In this document: in pieces, positions 21,252-33,200 of the stretch
Position numbering within the stretch: position 1 is the stretch's first letter
Layout: each line of letters opens with the position of its first letter
Assembly (NCBI GenBank): GCA_043228905.1
Contig: JBHGNT010000005.1
Coordinates: 9,982,001-10,046,000, forward strand
DNA: 64,000 bases
DNA from: Azolla caroliniana
Lineage: Eukaryota > Plantae > Polypodiophyta
Direction of reading: 5' to 3'
Notes under the pieces: generated by a model
Told to the model about the DNA's origin: nothing
The model's database searches: none
What the model saw: the letters and a program-made list of their open reading frames with translations, nothing else
Program-made: the position numbers and the translations under genes

Positions 21252-23714
21252 ATGATGATTTCTGAGGGAGCTTTTGATGAGGAAGCTGATGAGCCCCCTG
21301 AATCCCAAATCTCTCGTGCTGTTGTCCACGATGTCGGAGATGATGATAAACAGCATCATGTAGAGTTTGATTATGCTCCTAATATTGATGTTGATGATGG
21401 TCATGGTCATGTTGTCTTTGTTGATGATGTTTACCCCTGCCCTCATACATATGGTCATGAAGATGATGGAACTCATCAGGTTCATGTTAATGATGATGGT
21501 GATGATGATGGACATCATCCCCCTCATCACATCTATGATCATGTTGAGTGTGATTCCCCGGTCCATGATAACACCTATGCTCATAATGATGTCCATGATG
21601 GTGATCGACCCCAGCATCAGATGTGTGATCATGATGGTATTCACCATGTTGATGATGATGACAGCCCTCAATTTCACATCAATGATGGCAGTATTGATGA
21701 AGCCTATGCTCAAGAAGGTCATGATCATCATGATTATCAACACCGACAGATCCATGAACACAATTGTAATGATATTGTTGTTGTCGATGATGATAACAAG
21801 AACTCTAATGAAGAGGAGTTCGTCGAATATGATCCCTCTGGCACATATGGCCGCTACACCGAAGTGCTTGGCAAGGGTGCAATGAAGACCGTTTACAGAG
21901 CATATCATTTGGTAGATTGCAAAGAAGTTGCATGGAATAAATCTAAAACTCCTACTGAAGGACCTGAAGAGCAAACCCTCTCCGTCCAACGAGAAATTTA
22001 CCTCTTACAAAGGCTCAAGCATAAGAGTATCCTTAAGCTTTATAGTGCATGGGTGAATGAAACCACCGGTGAGACCAATTTTATCACCGAGCTTTGCTCT
22101 TCTACGCTATTGAACTATAGGTTGAAGCACAGGCATATCAGCAGAAAGGCAGTTATTAGTTGGGGTCGTCAAATCTTGAAAGGGCTAGCTCATCTCCATA
22201 CACAAAACCCACCCATCATACATCGGGATCTCAAGTGTGAGAACATTTTTGTCAAGTGTAGCTCAAATGATACTTTGAAGATTGGGGATTTTGGATCTGC
22301 TGCTATACTTGATGAGACACATCACATGCATACACTAGTTGGAACTCCAGAGTTCATGGCACCAGAGATATTTCAAGAGGATTATAATGAATTAGTTGAT
22401 ATCTATTCATTTGGCATGTGCATGCTGGAGCTACTCACTCGCGAGTATCCATATAGTGAATGTAAGAGTTTGGCACAAATCTACAAGAAGGTTATCAGTG
22501 GGGAGAAACCACAAGCACTACTCAAGGTGAAGGATGTTCTGGCACTTAAGCTCATTAATCGGTGCTTGCTACCGGCTTCTCAAAGGCCATCTGCCATGGA
22601 ACTCTTGGATGATCCCTTTCTCCATTGCAAAGAAATGAGTTCAGATTCCATTCATGTTCCGAAGAATTTTGATGCAAGACGAGCAATTTCCACAGTCGAG
22701 CAGAAGGATATGGTTATGAATCAGACCAAACACGTGGCAGCAAAGCCCAATGCATACAAAGATAGCAAAAGAAATGGAAAACAAGATGTATGTTCTGAAC
22801 AAGTCAGGCTAGAAAATGGAGATGGCATATGTGCTTTCCGACGAACTTATCATGTATCTGGAAAAGTGGAAGATGAAAATATTTTAAGCCTCAGGATACG
22901 CATACAAGAATTGTGTAGGTCATGTGACATTGATTTTCAGTTTGATTTGAGGTCTGACACTCCCAGGAGTGTGGCTGAAGAAATGGTGAGGGCCTTGGGT
23001 TATCCTCGGTCTGATTTGATGATGATTTCTGATTTGATAAGCCGAGAGCTTTCGGCCTTAGTGACAAATTTGGAGGAGATTCTGGCAAAAGTTCCTACGC
23101 AAGGGCAAGAAGAACATTCATGGCTACACAATGGTGACCAATATGATACAAAGAATGAAAATGATGATGATCCTGGAATTGTCAAAGCTCCTGTCGAAAT
23201 TGCCAAGTTTTCAATGGAAAAAGAAACTTGTAGAGCCATGCATTCTGAAATGGGTTCTGAATTTGCAACAACTAGCACAACATCACATGTTTATACTAGG
23301 GACAAAACAACAGCCCCAACTGAAACAAGAGATAGAAATAGCACACTGAATGGTGAGGGTAATGCAATGTTGGTTGTAAATAATAATCTAAAGATCGCTC
23401 ATACAATTTATGATGATCAAGGTTCTGTCGAGCTTGCAGCTTTGGGGCAAGATAAGCTAACTATGAAAAGTTTACCTTCGGCGACAAATGGTAACATTGC
23501 TGATATATCAGTCGGTAAAGTGGATATATCAATGAATAAAACCTCATCTGAAGGAACCATTAATGCATTGCTTGGAAAGTATCTATATTGGAACCATTTT
23601 TCATTCAGAAATCATACAAAGTTCCAGCATATTCCTGCTGGCATCGGTATCTTACTAACACCTTCTTCAGAACAGAGCTTCCGGAGACCGTTTAAAAGCC
23701 TTTGTGTGATATAA
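21252..23714 (+). CDS. WNK: With-no-lysine (WNK) Ser/Thr kinase, 820 aa, intronless CDS
   Basis: LGKGAMKTVY (Lys in subdomain I), EVAWN (no Lys in subdomain II), NFITEL, PPIIHRDLKCENIF, GTPEFMAPE, YPYSEC, and the FxF autoinhibitory-like region IDFQFDLRSDTPRSVAEEMV. Confidence 0.93.
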   Translation: MMISEGAFDEEADEPPESQISRAVVHDVGDDDKQHHVEFDYAPNIDVDDGHGHVVFVDDVYPCPHTYGHEDDGTHQVHVNDDGDDDGHHPPHHIYDHVECDSPVHDNTYAHNDVHDGDRPQHQMCDHDGIHHVDDDDSPQFHINDGSIDEAYAQEGHDHHDYQHRQIHEHNCNDIVVVDDDNKNSNEEEFVEYDPSGTYGRYTEVLGKGAMKTVYRAYHLVDCKEVAWNKSKTPTEGPEEQTLSVQREIYLLQRLKHKSILKLYSAWVNETTGETNFITELCSSTLLNYRLKHRHISRKAVISWGRQILKGLAHLHTQNPPIIHRDLKCENIFVKCSSNDTLKIGDFGSAAILDETHHMHTLVGTPEFMAPEIFQEDYNELVDIYSFGMCMLELLTREYPYSECKSLAQIYKKVISGEKPQALLKVKDVLALKLINRCLLPASQRPSAMELLDDPFLHCKEMSSDSIHVPKNFDARRAISTVEQKDMVMNQTKHVAAKPNAYKDSKRNGKQDVCSEQVRLENGDGICAFRRTYHVSGKVEDENILSLRIRIQELCRSCDIDFQFDLRSDTPRSVAEEMVRALGYPRSDLMMISDLISRELSALVTNLEEILAKVPTQGQEEHSWLHNGDQYDTKNENDDDPGIVKAPVEIAKFSMEKETCRAMHSEMGSEFATTSTTSHVYTRDKTTAPTETRDRNSTLNGEGNAMLVVNNNLKIAHTIYDDQGSVELAALGQDKLTMKSLPSATNGNIADISVGKVDISMNKTSSEGTINALLGKYLYWNHFSFRNHTKFQHIPAGIGILLTPSSEQSFRRPFKSLCVI

Positions 23715-26700
23715 TAACATATGTGAAATCCTATACATAACACCATAGCAGATTTGGAATATTCATACAGCAATTGACATTGTTATTCTTGTTAATAATC
23801 ATCATTGTTCAATAACGATGTAACTTTTGTTTTGCTCCATTGTTGGTGTAACTAGCGTCAAGGTTTCTCTCCTGTAATTATGTCACTATATTTGGGGATT
23901 TCCATCTACTTTCAAGAGTCTTGACAAAGTATGTTGTGCAAGAGGTTTCTAGTTTAAGTTTATGTAATGACAAATGTGGTCCATGATTTAAAATGTTTGA
24001 GATCGCAATGACCTTTGTTCAGCATGGTATCTGGATTGCAAGATATATTTATGCACCAGGCATCATGTAAACCTGTCAATTAACGTGTTCCTAGTCACTT
24101 GGAGAAGCAATCTAAGGTTGCAAGCAACATATTATACTTATGGACATTCCTTCACGATTAGATAAAGATTGATTGAAACTTAAATAAATAATTCAATCAA
24201 TGATTTTTTTTCCCCTTATCTTAATTGTAGTGGTTGTCTACCACATATTTAAATTTCCAGCTTGTACATTTCCGTATAGATTTTCAACTTTATCTCTCAA
24301 ATTGATTGGCTTAGATTTTCAACTTTATTTCACATATTGATTGGCATTGCAAAAGGCGACAAGTCAGTCTTTGTTCACCTTATCAATTTTTGGGACCTAT
24401 TATAAATGTCATGACGAGGAAACTTTGGTTATTTCTTCGTTCGTACTACTTTATAGGTATAATTTAATGATCAAACTTTCAATCACAAGTTGAGACACAT
24501 TAGTAGCTCTATACTGTGCCCTAAACAAGAACACATGCATTCTCACATAGTGACACGTCAATCACAAATGTTCAACAATTCCCTCAAATGATCATAGATC
24601 AATACTTGCTTTAGGACACTGTCTTTAATAGGTAATGCTGTCATTTGCGCTTCTTCATGCTATGGAAAAATGCGCTTTACATAATGATTGTCTTTAATAT
24701 AAAAATGTTTAGCAAGATGTGCACATTGCAATTATCATATTTTCTAGTTTGTATTAGATTAGTAAATATAGAGAAACTATTTCATCTTTCTAGTTATATC
24801 CATTTGGAAGCATTTTTTTTCAATGGCTAGGTTCCTTTATCGAATATGTTGTACCATAACATGTTTTGTACAAATACTAGAACTCTTTTAGCATAAGTTC
24901 TATTTTTATTTTTATTTGCATTTTGATGATTAGGTAGACACCCTATTTTATTGTACACTAATTGTCTCATGGGCCAAAATTTGGCCTTAGAAGACGTTAA
25001 TATATCTTTCTTTCTTCTTCTTCTCTCTATCTCTCTCTTTGGATATTTACTAATCGTTTGACATCTGTTGGTGACCCAGTGGAGTGGATATGTAAGGGAG
25101 ATAGGAACTCTTAATTTAGCTGTTAAAATCTCAAATATTTTCTGTTTATAGATGGAATAAGAAATGGGTGTTCGAGAAGGACTTCCTCAAAAGACATTTG
25201 TAGTACCCTTCCCACAATTTAACTATTTTCTTTTACGAATAAGTCTTCTTAAATGCCCTTTCTTGGTCAATCCAAACTTGCTGACTGAGTCATTTTTTTA
25301 TATACTAGGGTTGGTGACTTCTGATTCTCTTGGTTAATTTTCAATTCCTAAGTAATCATAAATTTGCCACGATGTCACTACATTTATATTCCTCAAAACA
25401 TATTTTGCTTATTGTGATGTTTTGTCATTGCACTGTCTACTTGAACTTTCAAACCCTCACAAAATGTGGATTCATCATGTTCTTTTCCTTGTCATCTCAA
25501 ACAATATTTAAGTTATGCTAGCAACACTAGGTCATGAGTGTGATCTATTATAGGTTGGAGGTTCAAGACTACCTTGCTACCACCATATAGGAATGACTAC
25601 CTTATTATTTTGTTTATATTCATATGCTTCATATTCACTTCTCATTTGGAGTTTTGACATGAAGAGAGGCATTTGGAGAGAACAATGACTTCATGAAGAT
25701 AGAGTTACTAGAAGAGCAAAGAAGGAATTGTTGAAGAGTACTCGGGAATGCCTTCAACACTTCTAATTAGGTAAGTGCACATTGCTCATGTCAAATAATG
25801 AATATGTGTATGGTTATGCATGTGTGTTCATATTTATATATGTGCACACATTATTGAGAACAATGTTTGATAGATATACACAAGTAAAAAAAAAGCAAGT
25901 ATGTTTATACATGGATATGTAAGTATGTATGCAAATGTGCATTTCTTTGTAGTATAGTGGTTTCCCTAGGGCTACTAGACTCAAGTATGAACTAAATCTT
26001 AATTCACCCTCATCCAATAATGTATTTGTTAAGATGTCCTTAACATTCTAAGATTTTTAGGCCTTGCATGATACGAAAACATATGAATTCTTAGTTATGT
26101 CATCACATTATGACGAACTCCAAGGGGAGCCGTGAAGGAGAAAGACGAAGTGAATAGCAAGGAAATAGTTGTTTAAGCTTCTCTTTGAAGTAAAGCAAGA
26201 AGTGGTGGTAGTCTCTTGTCAAATTAAAGAAAGAGGTTTGAAGTTAGTGTTATTGTTGGAAGGGAGTCACTATGATAAAGAAAAAGAAGACATACTTGTA
26301 AGTTGGTAAGAAGGTGGAAGTTTCAAAGAAGGAAGAAAAAGAAAATATTCAAGACGGTTATAGCTAAATTCATTAATGTTGTTGATAGAGACTAGAATAT
26401 CACATTCTCCCCAAATATGAAACAAAGAGAGTAAACGAATAAAATTGGTAGAAAAGAATGCATTCCAACTCAATAGTCGCACACACATAACCACTGTAGC
26501 ATATACATGCATGCTCATGGTCAATCTAATGGATTGACTGACGCTCTCTTGCACACATTAACATACACATAGTCAAAACACATGCAAACGCTCTTAAAAT
26601 CTGCTTGCTTTTGCAACAACTTAAGGTTCAGAGAGAGAGATAGATAGATAGATTATATTATCGTTTTCGGAGGTCAAATATGACCTATGAGACCAAAAAT

Positions 26701-26959
26701 ATTACGTTCGCGTGATACATGTGAAAGTGAGTAGCGACTCTTGATGTTCAAGAACTTTACTAATGAATGTTGCAATCGAGAATGCACATTGTGGTTGTGA
26801 GAGAAATTCGTGCAAGGATTGGGCTCGATCGAAGAGATGTGGAAAGCATGGTTGAATATTATGAAAGGCAGAGCATTGTATCAATGTGTGATAGACTCAC
26901 AAACTTGTTTAGGGTAGTGTGCGCATAGCCGACTACTCTCATCACTTGTGCCCCAATGC

Positions 26960-27355
26960 TAGCAAGGGCACAATTTGAGATCTAACCGAACCAAACCGTT
27001 AAGCCATGGTTAACGGTTTATTGGTTCCAATTTTTTTAATGGTTTGGTTTGGTTTGGATTTTTGATAAACGGTTTGGTTTAGTTCTAAAACTCGGGTTTA
27101 TAGGTTTTGGGTTAACATTTTTTTCACCTTAATAGTTTATTGATTTAATGGTTTAATTAATGGTTTTTTATTGATTTAATTAATTTAACTTAAATGTTTA
27201 TTTAATTTAATGGTTCAATTAAAGTTTCTTTTATTTATTACTAATTTAACTTAAATGCTTATTTAATTTAATGTATTTTTGTTTATTTAGATGTTTAATT
27301 AGTTTGATTTAAGTGGTTAAGTTTAAATTTTTTATTAAATGGTTCGGTTTGGTTT
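26960..27355. repeat. AT-rich element fragment with AACCGAACC/GGTTTGGTT motifs (probable non-autonomous DNA transposon remnant)
   Basis: Clusters of AAACCG/CGGTTT motifs around a very AT-rich core. Termini and TSD not resolved. Confidence 0.4.
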
Positions 27356-29982
27356 CCTTACAATGCCTTGCGGCCTAACTTAATGTAAGAAGCTACCTAT
27401 ATCTAAGGCGATGCCCTTCACTGTTGCCTAGTACGAGTCGACTCTTGGGGCCTACAACGAAGAGAGGGTGGCAGGTGAGTAGGAAACAACCAACGTGGGG
27501 GCTGGTAATTCCACCTCGGGCCACTCCTGCCTTGCATAACCATAGGTGTGTTCCTCCATTTCTGCCAAAAGCGCAACCGGGCAGAGATCACGTCGTTGGA
27601 GTGGCTGCAAATCTCTTCCAGTTGCCCTCGTATGCAACTGATAATCGTGAACCATATGTCCATGATCACTTCCTCCGGGGTCGTACCGTACCTTGGAAAA
27701 CATTGAGGCAACGCGCTTTCCATATATACCACAAGGTGAAACCTGCGATCAGCATCCAGATTTCTGGAAACCTAGGGGATGCGGGCTGCAAGCCTCTTTC
27801 GAAACGGATCTTGACGATTTTGCCTCTCGTGCATACATAGCACCAACTATCCGCATTGACGGTGTCCGTCCACCCTTCGACGGAGTGACCAATCCATGCC
27901 GCAGCGCTCCACGAGGCTATTCCTTCAACTTCACATGCCGCAAGGAGGCGAATCACTCTATCCCAAATCTTTTGAGCTTGAGGGCAATCCCACAGACAAT
28001 GTCTCAGAGTCTCAATAGCTCGAGAGCACAGTGGGCAGCCTAACGGGCCACCGCGTTTATCTAGCCATTCGCCAACGGGCACCACATTATGACCGATCTG
28101 CCACCAAAAGAGCTGGATCTTTTCAGGCATGTGGAGACGCTAGAGACCTTTCCAAAAGGTAATGAGCGCCTCATCGGGGATGCCCAATGTTCGCCAGCCA
28201 TTGTGAAGGGGGTTGCCTAGTTGCAGCTGCAAAGTCCGACCCAATTTAGTGGTGTAATCGAAGAAGTGATGGAGTCTATCATCATGTTTCCATCTGAAAT
28301 CCCCTGGGTCCCAGTCCAGATCGACAAGGGGGCGACAACCATATACCCTTAATCTCCAATGGGGTTCCACCTTAGCAACATCTGGGTCTGTCTTCCAGAT
28401 GTTGTCAACTTGTGCCACCACTCGGATTGGGTGCCAAGAGCCCCTGCTTTGACTGTCCCCAAAAACTGTATCTCTCCCCGATCCGCTCACACCCTTTAGC
28501 GACTTGACCATTCCAACCTCATCAAAGAGACTGAACCATGCAGGTTCTCTCGCCTCCCCCATCGGAACCTTGTCAACTGCCTCAACGATCAGTCTCCGCA
28601 TTTTCGTATCTCCCTTGAGGGGGGGGGGGGGGGGAAGGTCCTCTTGGGCTCTTCCTGAAACATCCATGCGTCTCCAATCGTCTAATGATAGGAGGCCTGT
28701 TAGTGCCAGCTTTCCCCATGCTAGGACCTTAAGTTGCTCTAACATCGTGTCGTCACTTGTTCGCACGTGAGGATTCCAGAATAGTGGCTGTCTAGTCCAT
28801 TCGGTCAATGTCTCCGGGGTGTGTTTGACCAAATGCTGTCGTAGATGGCACCATGCTCGCAAGATGGAGTTCGCGACCCTGTCCTCCGGATGGCAAGCTA
28901 GCTTGGGTGGGACTCCGCTCGTGCCAAGGCCAAGGCCTACCATACTTGGGAGTCCCTGCTTGCAGCCTGTTGCGAAGTAGTACCTTCCAACACCCCTTAC
29001 TTGGCAGGAGGCAACGAACCACCATTTTAGCCAGCAATGACCGACTCTACATTAAGGGGTCTATGAGGCCAAGCCCCCCTTTGGCCCGCGGTTGTGTTAA
29101 CCAACACCATGACACTCTAGCAACAGCCCTTGGGTTGTCCTTACCTGACCATATAAACCCCCTGATGGCAGCCTTAATCACGTGCAGACCTGTAGGGTCC
29201 ATAATCCAGTAGGAGACTGAGTGCCACATGGTAGCGAGCAACACTTGGTTCGCAACAAGGACCCTACCAGTGAAGGATAGTTTAGATCTACTCCATTGGT
29301 TCAACTTCCATTTTATTTTGGCTTGTACATGGGCCAATTGCGCTCCCTTGGGGATTGACCTCCCCATCGTAAATCCAAGGTACTTGAACGTCGTCCCATC
29401 AGGGACCCACATAAAATCGGCATGGGGTTGCCATCTTGGTTTCTCTTGTTCACTGAACCATAGGCCTTGGGTTTTATTCCAATTGATCTTGGCACCAGCC
29501 GCCTGACAAAAGTCCTCAACAAGATGTTCAGCCCGTTGCAAATTCTCCTCATCACCTTGCAAGAAAAGAACCGTATCGTCGGCATATTCAGATAACAGCA
29601 AATCTTCAGTCGCATTGGGGATGGGCAATCCCTGCAGCCCGCTGGTTGGTGCTTGTAAGTAGGCGGAGAAAACCTCGGTTACAAAGAGATAGAGATATGG
29701 GGCTAGGGGACAACCTTGCCTCACTGAGCGTTGTAGTTGGAAGGCGGGTCCCCTAGAACCAGCCAACAACACCCTACACGTAGCTGTCCGATAGAGTGCA
29801 GAAGTGCAATTCCTCCATTTTTGAGGTAGGCCCAAACCTCGCATCACATTTTCCAAAAAGGGCCATAACACCTGGTCGTAGGCCTTCTCGAAGTCTAACA
29901 TCAAAATAGCTGAGCTCGATACGGAGCGGCCGGCCAATGCCATAGCTTCCCAAAGAAGCAACACATTATCAAAGATACACCT
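27356..29982 (-). mobile_element. L1-clade LINE ORF2 remnant (RT, zf-RVT), 5'-truncated by the DNA transposon
   Basis: RCIFDNV, LDFEKAYD, VRQGCPLAPYLY, EYADDT, KYLG, GGLGL, and CPLC..ETLRHCLWDC. Frameshifted. Confidence 0.9.
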
Positions 29983-30233
29983 GGGTAAAAGCATGCGAGT
30001 GGAAACACTATTATAGCTAATTAGCTACTAAAATGGCCATAGCTAATTAGCTATTTGTTTAGCTAGTCTTTCTTGTGGGAAAATCAAATATTTGAAAAAC
30101 TAATTTATGAAAAAACTCAAATATTTGAACTTCTGTTTCAGACGTAGTGGAACTTGGGGAATATCACCATCATCTAAGGTCGACTTCAATGTCATCAATT
30201 TCCTGTTTAGCCTAAGTCTGATTTTGAACGCAG

Positions 30234-33200
30234 ATGGAGTACTCAGAGCACGAATGCAGACGTAGCTCCCGCAACAGCAAAAAATCGACATTGCAGATTG
30301 AGAGCTACAACACAGAACCCGCTCGATCATCGTCCAGGTATGTTTCAGTTACAGAAACCCCAAACATTTGTTTTTTCTTTTTGACTACTGTCTGAACTTT
30401 GGTGCCGATTCATATTTCCCCAAAATCGAATAGGGCGAAGTCCTTGGAGTCCCATACAAGGATGTCTCGCAAATCGGGGAGTAGCAACAGGTGTGTTTAT
30501 ATTACTTTTTTTGTGTTTAATCCTGTCTTTAGTGATTAGGGTTTGTGATTGAAATTTCTGATTAGGGTTTGTGATTGAAATTTCTGATTAGGGTTTTTGA
30601 TTATAAATTTCTGATTAGAATTTCTGAATAGGGTTTCTGGTTACAAATTTTGATTACAAATTAGAATTTCTGAATAGGGTTTTTGTTTATAAATTTCTGC
30701 TTAGGATTTCTGATTAGGGTTTGTGATTGAAATTTTTTATTAGGGTTTCTGATTGAAATTTCTGATTAGGGTTTTTGATTATAAATTTCTGATTAGAATT
30801 TCTGAATAAGGTTTCTGGTTACAAACTTCTGATTACAGATTTTGATTAGGGTTTCTGATTTCAAACTTCTGATTACAGATTTTGATTAGGTTAAGTTAAA
30901 GATTTTGCACCATTTTTGTTGTTGTTGATTGGGGTTTTTGATTCTCACATATTCTGATTTTGCACTATTTCTGATTTCTGAAATGATATTTCAGATGGCT
31001 CGTTCCTCCGTATACGAGAGTGCTAAACTTCGCAAAATTTTGCGAGACAAAGGAGGACTTCCACAACACCTATGGTCTGTCACTCGAGGGTGTTGACCCT
31101 GCTGTCCTAAGTGATAAATTGATCAGTGATATAGACTGGATGACAGTATATACAGTGCCTAGAGTCAAAGGCAAGGTCAAGCTCAAGCATGTACGAGCCG
31201 ACTTGTACGATGACTGCATGAGACTGCACCAGAAAGTTCATCAGGAGATCCCAGTCAACAATGAGTTGTCAGTTTCATTTGCTAGAGCATTTGCATATGA
31301 GTACTGCAAAACAGCGAAGGAATCTAGAGACCCTGAAATGTATAGGGTAGCTTGGGCAGTCTATGGTGAGGCATCGGTAAAAAGATGCCGAAAGATGGGG
31401 ACCTTGGCACAAAAAATAGACAGATTTTGGAGCATGGCAGCTGTTGATGCAACTGCCGACTCCCAGCAAGACTGGGGGCATACACCACACCGACACCCAA
31501 GGAAAGCCAATGTCGATGATACAGGTGAGACATTGGTTAGCTATATGCTAAAAAATGTCCATGAAGCCTGTGAGACATTGGCATTTTTTAAGACTGATTT
31601 AGAGAAAGCCACAATGGCTTCTGCAATGGAGAGCAAAGTTACTTCTGCTGTTACAACAATTAGAAATAAGATTCAGGTAACTATTGTTTTGCCGGTATGT
31701 GATTGTGTTATAAATAACGGGTAAAATGTGCTAATCAAGCATTATCTGGAATAGGTTGCGCAACAGGAGCTTGAATTAGAGGGGCCACTGGATCCCCAGC
31801 GTAAAATAGAACTGCAAATAGAGATCCAGGTTCTTTCAATGAACCTGGACCTTCTAGGTGTAAATACTGTTGCAGATTACAATTTGGATAAGCTTCAAGT
31901 AAGTTAACGATTCCTGAGCAAAGTTGGTGTATCTTTCAACAACAAGAATAATTAATCGGTAAATTTCTCTGTTGCGTTGAAGGAACAATACATTCATCAA
32001 GAACAGGTAGTTAGCTGCCTTAAGAAGAAGCTACATTTTGTGGAGGGAATGGTAAGGACCAGACAGGATTTGGACCTGAAAATTCTTGCTCCCTTACCAA
32101 ATGAAGTAGAACCAGAAAATGATTTATTGACAGTTCAAGCACGTTGCATCGCTTGCGGGTTAGGTGTGGAGGACAAAACTGCGTCTTTGTTGGTTCACCT
32201 ACAACCATGCAACCACACATACCATCTGCTTTGTTTTCAACATGCCTGTCGAATTGCTGCATTCTGTTTGGGAGATTGCAGTACAACTCTACCAAATGAG
32301 TGGAGAAAACAAACAGGTATACCATACTGTAGCTAATAAGCTTAGTCTTTTCTAATTAGCTATCCTACTAGCTAATTAGCTACTGGCAGCTAATGAGCTA
32401 CTAGCTAATTAGCTATCCTAGTAGCTAATTAGCTATGGTACTAGCTAATTAGCTAGTACCATAGTTGTGTAAAAAAGCTAAATAGTTATCCTACTAGCTA
32501 ATTAGCCACTGGCAACTAATTAGCTATCCTAGTAACTAATTAGCTACTGCCATAGTTGTGTAAAGTAGCTAATAAGCTATCCTAGTAGCTAGTTAGCTAT
32601 GGTACTAGCTAATTAGCTAGTACCATAGTTGTGTAAAAAAGCTAATTAGCTATCCTACTAGCTAATTAGCTATTGGCAACTAATTAGCTATCGTACTAGC
32701 TAATTAGCTATCCTACTAGCTAATTAGCTATCATAGTAGCTAATTAGCTACTGACATAGTTGTGTAAAGTAGCTAATAAGCTATCCTAGTAGCTAGTTAG
32801 CTATGGTACTAGCTAATTAGCTAGTACCATAGTTGTGTAAAAAAGCTAATTAGCTATCCTACTAGCTAATTAGCTACTAGCAACTAATTAGCTATCCTAC
32901 TAGCTAATTAGCTATCCTACTAGCTAATTAGCTATCATAGTAGCTAATTAGCTACTGACATAGTTGTGTAAAGTAGCTAATAAGCTATCCTAGTAGCTAA
33001 TTAGCTACTGGCAGCTAATTAGCTATCCTAGTAGCTAATTAGCTACTGGCAGCTAATTAGCTGTCCTAGTAGCTAATAAGCTATCCTAGCTACTACATAG
33101 TTGAGAAAGTAGCTAATTAGCTTTCATTGTAGCTAATTAGCTATCCTAGCTACCACCATAGTTAGTAAAGTAGCTAATTAGCTATCCTAGCTACTACTAT

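Noticed and set aside
21240-21989. Met/Ile-rich ORFs overlapping the WNK N-terminus
   Set aside because: Alternative frames of GAT/CAT triplet-rich sequence.
23720-26950. Short ORFs in the AT-rich region downstream of WNK
   Set aside because: No recognisable motifs or exon structure.
9596-29982. Pack-type transposon capturing WNK
   Set aside because: The element bodies point away from WNK, so the gene lies outside both copies.
30100-30330. Conserved 76-aa minus-strand ORF (mirrored at 9248-9478)
   Set aside because: Antisense to exon 1 of the cargo gene. The conservation simply reflects the duplication.
30530-30900. Telomere or interstitial telomeric array
   Set aside because: Motifs are dispersed rather than tandem TTTAGGG, and they lie within a transposon intron.
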